NCBI GenBank assembly: GCA_049423385.1
Contig: JBMSQQ010000063.1
Location: 1 to 20,328 of the forward strand
Source: Silvanigrellaceae bacterium
GTDB taxonomy: Bacteria > Bdellovibrionota_B > Oligoflexia > Silvanigrellales > Silvanigrellaceae
Direction of reading: 5' to 3'
DNA length: 20,328 bases
The notes beneath the pieces were generated by a model that saw only the letters and a list, made by a program, of their open reading frames with translations, had not been told where the DNA came from and did no database searches. Position 1 is the first letter of the stretch. The number at the start of each line of letters is the position of its first letter. Positions 1 through 8,029 of this stretch are shown in pieces. Both the position numbers and the translations under genes were made by a program.

Positions 1-308
1 CCTTCGCAAGGTTCTCCTTCCCAAATGAGAGCTGTCTTGTGTGCACAAACTCCGGTGAGATGCTTGTCGAGACACTGTTCGCTGATATTAAGCTCGCCAT
101 CGCAAAACCATTGCACGAAGGGTGGCTCCCATTTCATGGCAACGCTGAAGGGTTTTTTCCAGACCAGGTGGTCCTTGGCGAGTTTGGCCCAGTGCTCCTC
201 GTAGGATTGGTCTGCCGATTGAAGCAGATTTTTGTGCTCTGCCTTTTTGAGATTTGCAGATTTGGCGAAATTTTCGTCGGGCTGAACCACTCTGGTGTTG
301 AAGATCAT
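1..308 (-). CDS. acs: Acetyl-CoA synthetase (acetate--CoA ligase), N-terminal part; runs off the left edge
   Basis: Not in the ORF track; translated by hand from ATG at 308: MIFNTRVVQPDENFAKSANL...YEEHWAKLAKDHLVWKKPFSVAMKWEPPFVQWFCDGELNISEQCLDKHLTGVCAHKTALIWEGEP. WF.DGELN....CLD.H and KTALIWEGEP match the acetyl-CoA synthetase N-terminal domain. SD AGGAGAGG lies 8 nt upstream. Confidence 0.9.
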   Translation of the reverse strand, partial: MIFNTRVVQPDENFAKSANLKKAEHKNLLQSADQSYEEHWAKLAKDHLVWKKPFSVAMKWEPPFVQWFCDGELNISEQCLDKHLTGVCAHKTALIWEGEPCE

Positions 309-343
309 GTCTGCGGCCTCTCCTAAAATTCAGAAAATTGCAT

Positions 344-721
344 TCAAGATTGTTTCCTGGTCGCAAAACGTTCCTTTGTTTTGCGAAGTGAATATCTCAT
401 CCAAAGAACAGATTCCGCGGCAAGTGCGAATACAAGCGCAAATACCCCTGCACTCAAAACGGCAAGCACCGCAAAGTGCGGCAGCTTGAGAAGTTGGCTC
501 ACAGCAATGGATACCGGCCTGTGACTGGCATGGAATCCGAGCATCAGAATCGTTGAACCCAAGAACAACAAGACAAGTCTTCTCGTGAAACCTCTTTCTG
601 TGAGTCTGAGAAGAAAAGGCGAGATCACTGCGGAGAAAATAACCGCTTGCCACCATGGAAGAAGCGAAAGGGTCAGCAAGCAAAGCGCTATCCACAGAAA
701 TTCGCGCATCGTGTGTCTCAT
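344..721 (-). CDS. Small hypothetical integral membrane protein (125 aa, about 3-4 TM segments, LPWW motif)
   Basis: Strongly hydrophobic ORF with a basic C-terminal tail. Its ATG overlaps the acylase stop codon (ATGA at 718-721), indicating translational coupling. Confidence 0.75.
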   Translation of the reverse strand: MRHTMREFLWIALCLLTLSLLPWWQAVIFSAVISPFLLRLTERGFTRRLVLLFLGSTILMLGFHASHRPVSIAVSQLLKLPHFAVLAVLSAGVFALVFALAAESVLWMRYSLRKTKERFATRKQS

Positions 722-3237
722 GGAGCCACCTCAAGTTTTGTGCGGGCCAGGGTCAGCGATTCCTTGAGTTGGCCTTGTTGGACAAAAAGCAATTCGTCGA
801 GTTTGCCGTTGAGCCAAGAGTCAATCATGTTTGTGTAATAGCGACTTCCCACATGACCAGACGGACCACCCGGATAAATTCCCCAGGCTTTGGGTTGTGC
901 ATCAACCCAGGTGACAACCATTCTCCAGCTTGGGCCGTGATGGTCGGTTGTTGCATTGACAGTTTGTCCATCCCCCCCGGTTTCCAGATGTTCGAGGCCA
1001 AAGCCCGGAAGGTTTGCTAGGTGAGGAATTTTTGTTCCCCGATATTTACCCCAGGCAGGGATTTGATCCTGCACTCCATTGCGTTTTGAAAAGGAGCGCA
1101 AGGTTTGGAGCGTTCGCTCGAAACTTGATGCGACAAGTGAGGGAATTTCGGATTTGGCTGGTAGCGATGGCATTTGTGGCCAGTCCGCCAGATTTGCCGA
1201 GCCAAGTAGCTCCATGGTTCTGTCTTCCGATGGGCGCGGGAAATGCGGCTTTGGGAATGTTTTTTCCCAGATGGCATCGTAGACATTGTTCCACCAGCCG
1301 TTCCAGATGGTTGCTTCCTGGCTTGCAGCGCTGAGTTGAAAATTCCATTTGCGGAGGCCGTCGAGAACGTCCCTGTCCTCTTTGTTTTTGATGAGGTTTT
1401 CCACCCAACCGGAAAACAGGGGCAAGAGTGCTTTCGCCCGCAAGTCGACAACGTCATTCTGCAGGTCCATCAGCGCCGAGATTGTTGCCGGATTGGCTGA
1501 GGTGAGTTCTGCCAATCTTTCGCCGATGCGAGTGCCGCGAAGGTAACTTGTGAATCCCCAATCCCCTGATGCGAAGCCGGGAGTGGGATCGCGGGTGGGT
1601 TGTTGATTCGCAGAAAACAAATATCCCCTGTCAGGCGACCAGCTCTGAGGCAAGTGGACAAAGCCAATGTCCTCTCGCCACTCGGTTGAAGGAGATGTCC
1701 CGTCGAGCACGTATCTGCCGAATCCACTGCTTCTCACCGGAAATCGTCCTGCTTGAACATATCCAATCGAGCCGGTCTTGTCGGCCATCACGAAGTTTTG
1801 TCCAGGCGCGTAATATGTCTTGAGTGCGTTTTTCATTTCCATGACTGAGCGTGCCCTATTCAGGGAATGAAAGACCCTGAATTCGTTTGAAGGTGCGTGC
1901 CCGCTCCACTTCATTGCGAATGGAACAGCAACCGAGCCACCAGCCTTTTGTTCAAGCTCAAGTTCATTTGCTATTGGACCCAGGTGTGTCTGCACGACCT
2001 CGATGATGCGTGATGCCTTGCCCTTGATTCGAATCACTTCCTTGCGAATGGTTGCCGGTTTCCACTGCTGTGCGAAAAAGTAATTTGGCGTTGGTTTGGT
2101 TTTATCGAACTTCATTGCGTACCAGTCGATGACATCGACGCCCGCATTTGTGATTCCCCAGCTTGCCGATTCATTGAAACCAATAATGACGTGCGGCAAC
2201 CCCGGCAAAGTGACTCCGTAGACGTTCACTCCAGGCGCAGTCAGCTGGATTTCGTACCAGATTGAGGGAAGTTTCAGGTCAAGGTGAGGATCATTGGCCA
2301 GTACAGGGTATGCATGTGATGTGTGAAGTCCATCCACAACCCAGTTGTTGCTGCCGTTGCTCGGTTTTCGTCGTTCCTGTTTCGATTGGAACGAACTGTC
2401 GCCAATCTGTAAAATCCCATCCAGACGCATTGGTGATGCTGCGCTTTCTCCCGAATCAATCAGACTGCTCGACGACATTTGAGCCACGGATGAATCCAGA
2501 ATTGGCAGGCCTTTTGAATAAAACTCGGGGAACAGGTTTTCCGTTTCTCCGACCGTCAGTTTTTGCAAAACGTTTGTAAATTTGAAGTCGTCGAAATTAC
2601 CCGTGAGTATCCAGGTCATCTGCTTGTGAAAAAGCACGCATTTCAGGGGCGTCCATGGCTCCGGCGACGTGCCCAGCAGTTTGTATTCAATTGGATATTC
2701 GGCAGGAGTAAGCGAGCCTATGTAGGCATTGACGCCGCTGCTGTAGGCCTCAAGAATTTCGTATTGTTCCTTGTCGTTGTTCTTCAGGTATTCGAGTTCA
2801 ATATCGGCTGCGGCCGAAAATCCAAGACGACGTTGTTTCGAGTCAAAATCGAACGCGCGTTCCCCCAGTATTTCGGAAACACGCCCGGCAGTCGCGGCTG
2901 TTTGAAGTTCCATCTGCCATAAGCGATCCCGGGCAGTCGCGAATCCCTGACCGAATGCGAGGTCGGTGTCATTCTCGGCTGAAATGTGCGGCACACCGCG
3001 CAGGTCTGTTGATATGCTCACAGCGTTCTTCAAACCCTTGACCGAAAGAAGGGTTGGTGCGGACTTTTTTGAGGCGGAAGGCGAATTGTTCAAATAACCG
3101 CTGGCCGGACTGAGAAATGCTCCCAGCGGAGGAATCGGGCCGAGACGAACACTGAGCAGAACGGCAATCAACAAAAAAACGCCCCAGGTACCGAGAATTC
3201 TCATCAGGTAGGGGCGTTTTTCTGCAGAAACAGACAT
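718..3237 (-). CDS. Penicillin acylase / acyl-homoserine-lactone acylase family Ntn hydrolase (peptidase S45), N-terminal membrane anchor or signal
   Basis: 839 aa. Motifs GVPHI, GQGFATARDRLWQME, GSNNW (Ser nucleophile starting the beta chain), LANDPHL, PSIWYE, WGITN, QNFVMAD, SANQ, YPGGPSG. Hydrophobic N-terminus. SD GGAGG at 3247-3251. Confidence 0.93.
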   Translation of the reverse strand: MSVSAEKRPYLMRILGTWGVFLLIAVLLSVRLGPIPPLGAFLSPASGYLNNSPSASKKSAPTLLSVKGLKNAVSISTDLRGVPHISAENDTDLAFGQGFATARDRLWQMELQTAATAGRVSEILGERAFDFDSKQRRLGFSAAADIELEYLKNNDKEQYEILEAYSSGVNAYIGSLTPAEYPIEYKLLGTSPEPWTPLKCVLFHKQMTWILTGNFDDFKFTNVLQKLTVGETENLFPEFYSKGLPILDSSVAQMSSSSLIDSGESAASPMRLDGILQIGDSSFQSKQERRKPSNGSNNWVVDGLHTSHAYPVLANDPHLDLKLPSIWYEIQLTAPGVNVYGVTLPGLPHVIIGFNESASWGITNAGVDVIDWYAMKFDKTKPTPNYFFAQQWKPATIRKEVIRIKGKASRIIEVVQTHLGPIANELELEQKAGGSVAVPFAMKWSGHAPSNEFRVFHSLNRARSVMEMKNALKTYYAPGQNFVMADKTGSIGYVQAGRFPVRSSGFGRYVLDGTSPSTEWREDIGFVHLPQSWSPDRGYLFSANQQPTRDPTPGFASGDWGFTSYLRGTRIGERLAELTSANPATISALMDLQNDVVDLRAKALLPLFSGWVENLIKNKEDRDVLDGLRKWNFQLSAASQEATIWNGWWNNVYDAIWEKTFPKPHFPRPSEDRTMELLGSANLADWPQMPSLPAKSEIPSLVASSFERTLQTLRSFSKRNGVQDQIPAWGKYRGTKIPHLANLPGFGLEHLETGGDGQTVNATTDHHGPSWRMVVTWVDAQPKAWGIYPGGPSGHVGSRYYTNMIDSWLNGKLDELLFVQQGQLKESLTLARTKLEVAP

Positions 3238-3248
3238 GGATCTGAGCC

Positions 3249-3297
3249 TCCGGCGAATCGTTCGAGCGCTTCAAGCGTGTCGACAAGTTTCGCCGGA
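3249..3297 (-). promoter_or_regulatory. Long imperfect hairpin between pnp and the acylase, overlapping the acylase SD
   Basis: Perfect 9-bp arms tccggcgaa (3249-3257) and ttcgccgga (3289-3297) plus an inner tcga-gcgct/agcg-tcga stem. No U-tract follows on the minus strand. Confidence 0.5.
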
Positions 3298-3319
3298 AAA
3301 TCCCGATCTGTAAACTGGG

Positions 3320-5443
3320 TCAGTTGGACCAGGTCTTCATGATATCGATGGGTTCCTTGCCCACGGCATCCTTGCGGCTCAACTTGATGCGGCCGGTTCG
3401 GTCGATTTCGATGACCTTGACCATCACTTCGTCGCCTTCCTTCACAACATCTTCAACCTTGTTCACGCGCTGGGCTGCCAATTGGGATATATGGACCAGA
3501 CCTTCAACGCCAGGCTTGATTTCAACAAACGCGCCGAAGTCGGAAACCTTCTTGACGATACCCAGGTACACTTCGTTGATTTCCGGATCGCTCGTGAGGA
3601 AGTGGATCATACGCTTGGCCAGCGCTGCAGCTTCGCCGTTGTTGGAAGCCAGGTTGACCACGCCTTCATCGTTGATGTCGATCTTGCAACCGGTGTCGGC
3701 AACAATTTTCTTGATGTTGCGTCCGCCAGGGCCGATGAGGTCACGGATGCGCTCCGATTTGATCTTGATTTGTTCGATGCGTGGAGCGCGGGTGCTGAGA
3801 TCCTTGGCCTTGCCCAGCACGGCCGTCATTTTACCGAGGATGTGCAAACGGCCATCGCGGGCTTGTTCCAGCGCCTTGCGCAATACATCGAGTGACACAC
3901 CGGCAATTTTCATGTCCATTTGAAGTGCGGTGATGCCTGATTTGCCACCAGCCACTTTGAAGTCCATGTCTCCGAGAGCATCCTCATCGCCAAGAATGTC
4001 CGACAAGATTGCAACGTCTTTACCTTCCTTGATGAGGCCCATGGCAATTCCTGCCACCGGCTCAAGAAGCGGAACGCCGGCATCCAACATCGCCAATGTT
4101 CCCGAGCAAACGGATGCCATGGAAGATGAGCCATTGGATTCAGTGATTTCAGAAACCATGCGGATCGAGTAGGGGAAGCGCAGGCGGCTTGGAACGGATG
4201 CACGCAGCGCGCGCTCTGCCAGGTTTCCATGACCAACTTCGCGACGAGCAGGAGCACCCAGTCGCTTGGGTTCGCCGACCGAATAACCGGGCATGTTGTA
4301 ATGCAGCATGAAATGTTTTTCTTCGAGCGGGCTGTAAACGCTTTCGCTGCGTTGAGCGTCGTCGGATGTACCAAGAGTCACAACACCGAGGGATTGTGTT
4401 TCACCGCGTGTGAACAAGGCGGAACCATGCGGACGCTTGAGCACTTGAACCTGGCAGTCGATGCCGCGAATGTCGGTGGTCTTGCGGCCGTCGACGCGGC
4501 GGTTGTCGCGGGTGATGTTGACGCGCAGCGTCTTGTAGCAAGCCATTTCGAAAAGATATTCGAAGTCTTTTGCCAGTGAACCATCGTCGCTGGCCGGTAC
4601 CAATTCGGCGCGGGCAGCCACCTTGATTTCATCGACGGCGTTTTTACGATCGCTCTTCTTCGCGATCGAATATGCTTCGCGCAGTGCGCCGGCGTATTTT
4701 TTGTCGAGGACTTTTTCCATTGATTCGTTGGCCGGAGCTTCAGGAACACTGCGCTTTGGCTTGCCGACGGCTGCGCGCAGTTCTTCTTGAACCTTGCACA
4801 TGGTCTTGATGTGTTTGTGGGCAACTTCAATTGCTTCAAGAATCAGTGCTTCAGAAACAAAATTCGCTCCGGCTTCCACCATCAGGATGCCTTCTGCCGT
4901 TCCTGCGACAACGATGTCGAGGTCGGAACCTGATTCTTCGGCTTCAGACGGATTGATGAGAAATTGGCCGTCTTTGTGGCCAATGCGCACGCCGGCCACA
5001 GGGCCATTGAAAGGAATGTCTGAAATGTGCAGAGCGGCGCTGGCTCCAAGAATTGCCAATGGTGCCGGCGAGATTTTTGGATCAACAGACATGACCGTCG
5101 CAACCACCTGAACTTCAGTCAGGAATGTTTCAGGGAACAGTGGGCGGATCGGCCGGTCGATGAGGCGGCTGATGAGGACTTCGCGCTCGGAGGGCTTCGT
5201 TTCTCGCTTGATGTAACCGCCCGGAATACGGCCTGCAGAATAGAGTTTCTCGATGTAATCGACAGCCAAAGGAAAAAATGATGCCGTTGGTGAGGGGGCC
5301 TTTGCGCCGGTTGCACAGACCAGCACCTGGGTATCGCCGCAGGTGACGAGAACGGAACCGCCCGCCTGGCGAGCCATACGGCCGTGTTCAATGGTAATCT
5401 CGTGGTCACCCACGCGGATGGTTTTCTCAACAATGTTGAACAT
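3320..5443 (-). CDS. pnp: Polyribonucleotide nucleotidyltransferase (PNPase)
   Basis: FFPLAVDYIEK.Y.AGRIPGG..KRE, SRLIDRPIRPLF, RREVGHG, ESNGSSSMAS, DMDFKVAG, KH (IGPGG) and S1 (FGAFVEI, EGLVHIS) domains. Start reassigned to ATG 5443 (MFNIVEKT) with TAAGG upstream; 707 aa. Confidence 0.98.
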   Translation of the reverse strand: MFNIVEKTIRVGDHEITIEHGRMARQAGGSVLVTCGDTQVLVCATGAKAPSPTASFFPLAVDYIEKLYSAGRIPGGYIKRETKPSEREVLISRLIDRPIRPLFPETFLTEVQVVATVMSVDPKISPAPLAILGASAALHISDIPFNGPVAGVRIGHKDGQFLINPSEAEESGSDLDIVVAGTAEGILMVEAGANFVSEALILEAIEVAHKHIKTMCKVQEELRAAVGKPKRSVPEAPANESMEKVLDKKYAGALREAYSIAKKSDRKNAVDEIKVAARAELVPASDDGSLAKDFEYLFEMACYKTLRVNITRDNRRVDGRKTTDIRGIDCQVQVLKRPHGSALFTRGETQSLGVVTLGTSDDAQRSESVYSPLEEKHFMLHYNMPGYSVGEPKRLGAPARREVGHGNLAERALRASVPSRLRFPYSIRMVSEITESNGSSSMASVCSGTLAMLDAGVPLLEPVAGIAMGLIKEGKDVAILSDILGDEDALGDMDFKVAGGKSGITALQMDMKIAGVSLDVLRKALEQARDGRLHILGKMTAVLGKAKDLSTRAPRIEQIKIKSERIRDLIGPGGRNIKKIVADTGCKIDINDEGVVNLASNNGEAAALAKRMIHFLTSDPEINEVYLGIVKKVSDFGAFVEIKPGVEGLVHISQLAAQRVNKVEDVVKEGDEVMVKVIEIDRTGRIKLSRKDAVGKEPIDIMKTWSN

Positions 5444-5710
5444 AAAAAGGAACCTTAGATAGATGGGCCGAGTGACGAGGCTGGCCTCGGTCCGGAGAGC
5501 GTTTATCCTCCCGACCATTCGAGAGTCCCGGCGCACCATGCGCCAGCTTTAAGCAAATGCCAATCGTTGATCCCACCCTAACAAAGAAGTTGAGCCGTGA
5601 AAAGGCGCAAATGCTGCAGTTGCAGTTGTTTTGGGGACAGTCCGCCTCCCCTTGCGCAGGTCAGTTGGCCTCAGTATGCCTTGAGAGTCGCTTTTTGCTT
5701 GGGGTGCCGG

Positions 5711-6355
5711 ATGCCAGTTTATAAAATTCTTCATTATCCTCATGTGCTTCTCAGAAAACCGTCGACCCCCGTCGAACGTTTCACGCCGGGTTTGCGTGCT
5801 TTTGCCGACGGCATGGTCGAAACAATGAATGCCTTTGAAGGTATTGGTTTGGCTGCCCCACAGGTCGGGATCCTCAAGCGGTTGATTATCGTCGACGTCA
5901 GGCCCTACCTCGAGAATCAACAGCTTAAGGATTGGCATGGCAAATACACGTACACTTTGGACGGCAAGCCGACCGAGCTGCCCTCGCCGATGATTTTGGT
6001 GAACCCGGAGATCGTCAAGAAGGAAACTGAAATCAAGTTTCCGTTCGATGGCTGTTTGTCCTTTCCGGGTGTTGAACGTGGTGAAACAAGCCGCTGGAAA
6101 GACATTGTCCTGGAAGCAAAAGACACCAGTGGCAAAGAGATCAGGATTGAGTGCAACGGCATCATGAGCATTTGTCTGCAGCACGAAATGGATCATCTCG
6201 AAGGCGTCTTGTTCATTGACCGCGTTCAGGGGCAGGTGAATGAAAACGACGTTGTTGCCGATATCGAGGATCACGAAAGTGAAGCGGGAGTTCGCCGCAA
6301 GATGAAAAAACTCAAGCTGGTGGATGCTCGCGCCGAGAAACTCGATTTTCTCTGA
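5711..6355 (+). CDS. def: Peptide deformylase
   Basis: Motif 1 GIGLAAPQVG, motif 2 DGCLS (canonical EGCLS), motif 3 QHEMDHLEG. Start reassigned to ATG 5711 (MPVYKILHYPHVLLRK) after a GGGGTG SD-like sequence; 214 aa. Confidence 0.95.
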   Translation: MPVYKILHYPHVLLRKPSTPVERFTPGLRAFADGMVETMNAFEGIGLAAPQVGILKRLIIVDVRPYLENQQLKDWHGKYTYTLDGKPTELPSPMILVNPEIVKKETEIKFPFDGCLSFPGVERGETSRWKDIVLEAKDTSGKEIRIECNGIMSICLQHEMDHLEGVLFIDRVQGQVNENDVVADIEDHESEAGVRRKMKKLKLVDARAEKLDFL

Positions 6356-6356
6356 T

Positions 6357-6857
6357 TCAATAAAGGCTCGGGTGGGTGTGGAGATGTTCCACGTACTGGG
6401 CAATTTCGGAAATCACGTCGGAAGGAAGTTGCGAAAAGGCTGGCATTTGGCTGCCGGGTATTCCCTCCACAAGTGTTTTTTTGACTCCGTCAATCGTGAA
6501 GCCATTGATAACACCCGCTGGCGAAGGCTCAAGAAAATTGGGAGGCCTGCGGTTCAGTGTTTGGCTCAGGGCACCATTTCCCCGCCCTTCGGGTCCATGA
6601 CAACCGGCGCAGTACTGTTGAAAGTGATAACGACCTTTGGCTTGTGCTTCGGAAAGTTGATATTTGGCTTGTGATTCGTCGTCCAAAGCCCAGGGTGGCG
6701 GAGATTTGTGAAACAACAATCCGACGGGTGTTGAATCGAAGAATGCCGGAAGAATGAGAAAGCCCAATGAGAGAACCACAAAGAGTCCGGCCAGTGAAAA
6801 CGCAATTGCTTTCATGGGCAGCGGCTTTGCTTTTGGTTCCTGATTTTCGTTTGTCAT
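6357..6857 (-). CDS. Membrane-anchored monoheme class I cytochrome c
   Basis: N-terminal TM helix (AIAFSLAGLFVVLSLGFLIL), CAGCH heme motif followed by GPEGRGNG, distal Met in GSQMPAF. Start reassigned to ATG 6857 with GGAG SD; 166 aa. Confidence 0.9.
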   Translation of the reverse strand: MTNENQEPKAKPLPMKAIAFSLAGLFVVLSLGFLILPAFFDSTPVGLLFHKSPPPWALDDESQAKYQLSEAQAKGRYHFQQYCAGCHGPEGRGNGALSQTLNRRPPNFLEPSPAGVINGFTIDGVKKTLVEGIPGSQMPAFSQLPSDVISEIAQYVEHLHTHPSLY

Positions 6858-6930
6858 GCGAGGCTCCGTTGGTTTGAATCCAAGATTGCTTGACCATCCG
6901 CTTGATAGCAAGTCTCTTCGACCTCTGGAT

Positions 6931-7971
6931 ATGCCGGGAGTGTATATCTTTGTTTCTTCATCGCGGATAACGACCGAAAAAAACATCCTGTCGCAAAAAA
7001 ACATTGTTTCAGCGCTGCAGCGCGAAGGCAACGTCCTTTACATCGGCAAGGCCAAACAATTGAACGTCAGGTTGCAGAATTATCGACGGGGAGGCAACGG
7101 TTCTTCCGGCGAATGGCACAAGGCTTCAAAATTGAATGAAGAGGCCCGGTCTGTGTTGGTGATTCCAACTCCGACTCATTTTGAGGCCTGCTTGTTGGAA
7201 TTGTTTTTGATTCGCAACTTGGCTCCGCGCTTGAATTACACGAGCACGGTTGCAGGGCGGATTCACTTTTTAATGCAGGACAAGACCACCCGGCGGCTGA
7301 CTCTTTCGACCCGAAAAAAAACGGGGATGAAAGTTTGGGGCGTTGTCAGGACCCGTTCTCAGGTTCGGCTGGCTTTCGATGCCTTGTCCGAGGGGCTCGA
7401 ACATTATCAGCCTGCAACGGGAGAATTGCCCATCCAACCCTTTTATTCGCGCTTTGGAAGAACCCTTTCCTCGGGCCGAACCATTCTCGACGTTTCTGCC
7501 AAGGATCAGGAAAACTGCGCTGCATATCTGCGCGGGCGGAAAAACGGGATCATGCAGGCGTTCTGGAGATCCATGAAAAAAGCTGCCGACAGTCAGCAAT
7601 TTCATTTGGCGGCGCAAATGCGAGATCGTTTCCTTGCGCTTCAGGAATTGCAGTTTCAACTCCGACGTTCGAGAAAATTGGTGCGACTTTTTCGAAATTC
7701 CATATTTTGTTTACCGTCCGCAGATGGCCTTGCAGAACGACGCTATGTGATTGAGCGATTTGCAGTCGCGAGACTTGAGGAAAGCTCCAGGGTTGGAGAA
7801 ATGAGTTCTTGGCGATCCTTTTTGGATATCGTCAATGAGTCTATCGAGATTTTCCTGGAAGAGTCGGACGCTCAGCCCGAGACGGAGCGATTGCGGGTCA
7901 ATTTTGAAATTTTACGTTTGATGCTATGGTGGCACGTCAAGCAGACGGAACCATGCTCAACGTTGCAATGA
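6931..7971 (+). CDS. UvrC/Cho-like GIY-YIG endonuclease with UVR coiled coil; lacks the UvrC C-terminal nuclease and HhH domains
   Basis: PGVY...LYIGKAKQLNVRLQNY and EACLLELFLI...PRLN (GIY-YIG catalytic Y, Y, K, R, Y, E, N present); UVR motif MKKAADSQQFHLAAQMRD. Start uncertain: ATG 6931, or upstream as far as 6856. Confidence 0.8.
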   Translation: MPGVYIFVSSSRITTEKNILSQKNIVSALQREGNVLYIGKAKQLNVRLQNYRRGGNGSSGEWHKASKLNEEARSVLVIPTPTHFEACLLELFLIRNLAPRLNYTSTVAGRIHFLMQDKTTRRLTLSTRKKTGMKVWGVVRTRSQVRLAFDALSEGLEHYQPATGELPIQPFYSRFGRTLSSGRTILDVSAKDQENCAAYLRGRKNGIMQAFWRSMKKAADSQQFHLAAQMRDRFLALQELQFQLRRSRKLVRLFRNSIFCLPSADGLAERRYVIERFAVARLEESSRVGEMSSWRSFLDIVNESIEIFLEESDAQPETERLRVNFEILRLMLWWHVKQTEPCSTLQ

Positions 7972-8029
7972 ATGCAAAGACGATCGGTTTCTCTGTGCGT
8001 CTTGAAAATATTCTACAGAGGATGAATGC

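Noticed and set aside
39..366. ORF-track calls 39..326 (+) and 88..366 (-)
   Set aside because: Shadow frames of the real acs gene (1..308, -), which the track missed because it runs off the edge.
3283..3310. ACAAGTTT...CCCGAT sigma-28-like motif on the plus strand, antisense to pnp
   Set aside because: Weak -35 match, explained by the hairpin arm, and no credible plus-strand gene downstream.
3324..5281. Series of plus-strand ORFs (up to 199 aa) antisense to pnp
   Set aside because: Typical antisense shadows of a codon-biased gene; no recognisable motifs.
5444..5710. N-terminal extensions of pnp (to 5539) and def (from 5597, Cys-rich KCCSCSC)
   Set aside because: Family homology starts at MFNIVEK and MPVYKIL, each with an SD-like sequence; the extensions are non-coding intergenic DNA.
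5549..6403. 284-aa minus-strand ORF
   Set aside because: Antisense to def over its whole length, with no motif support.
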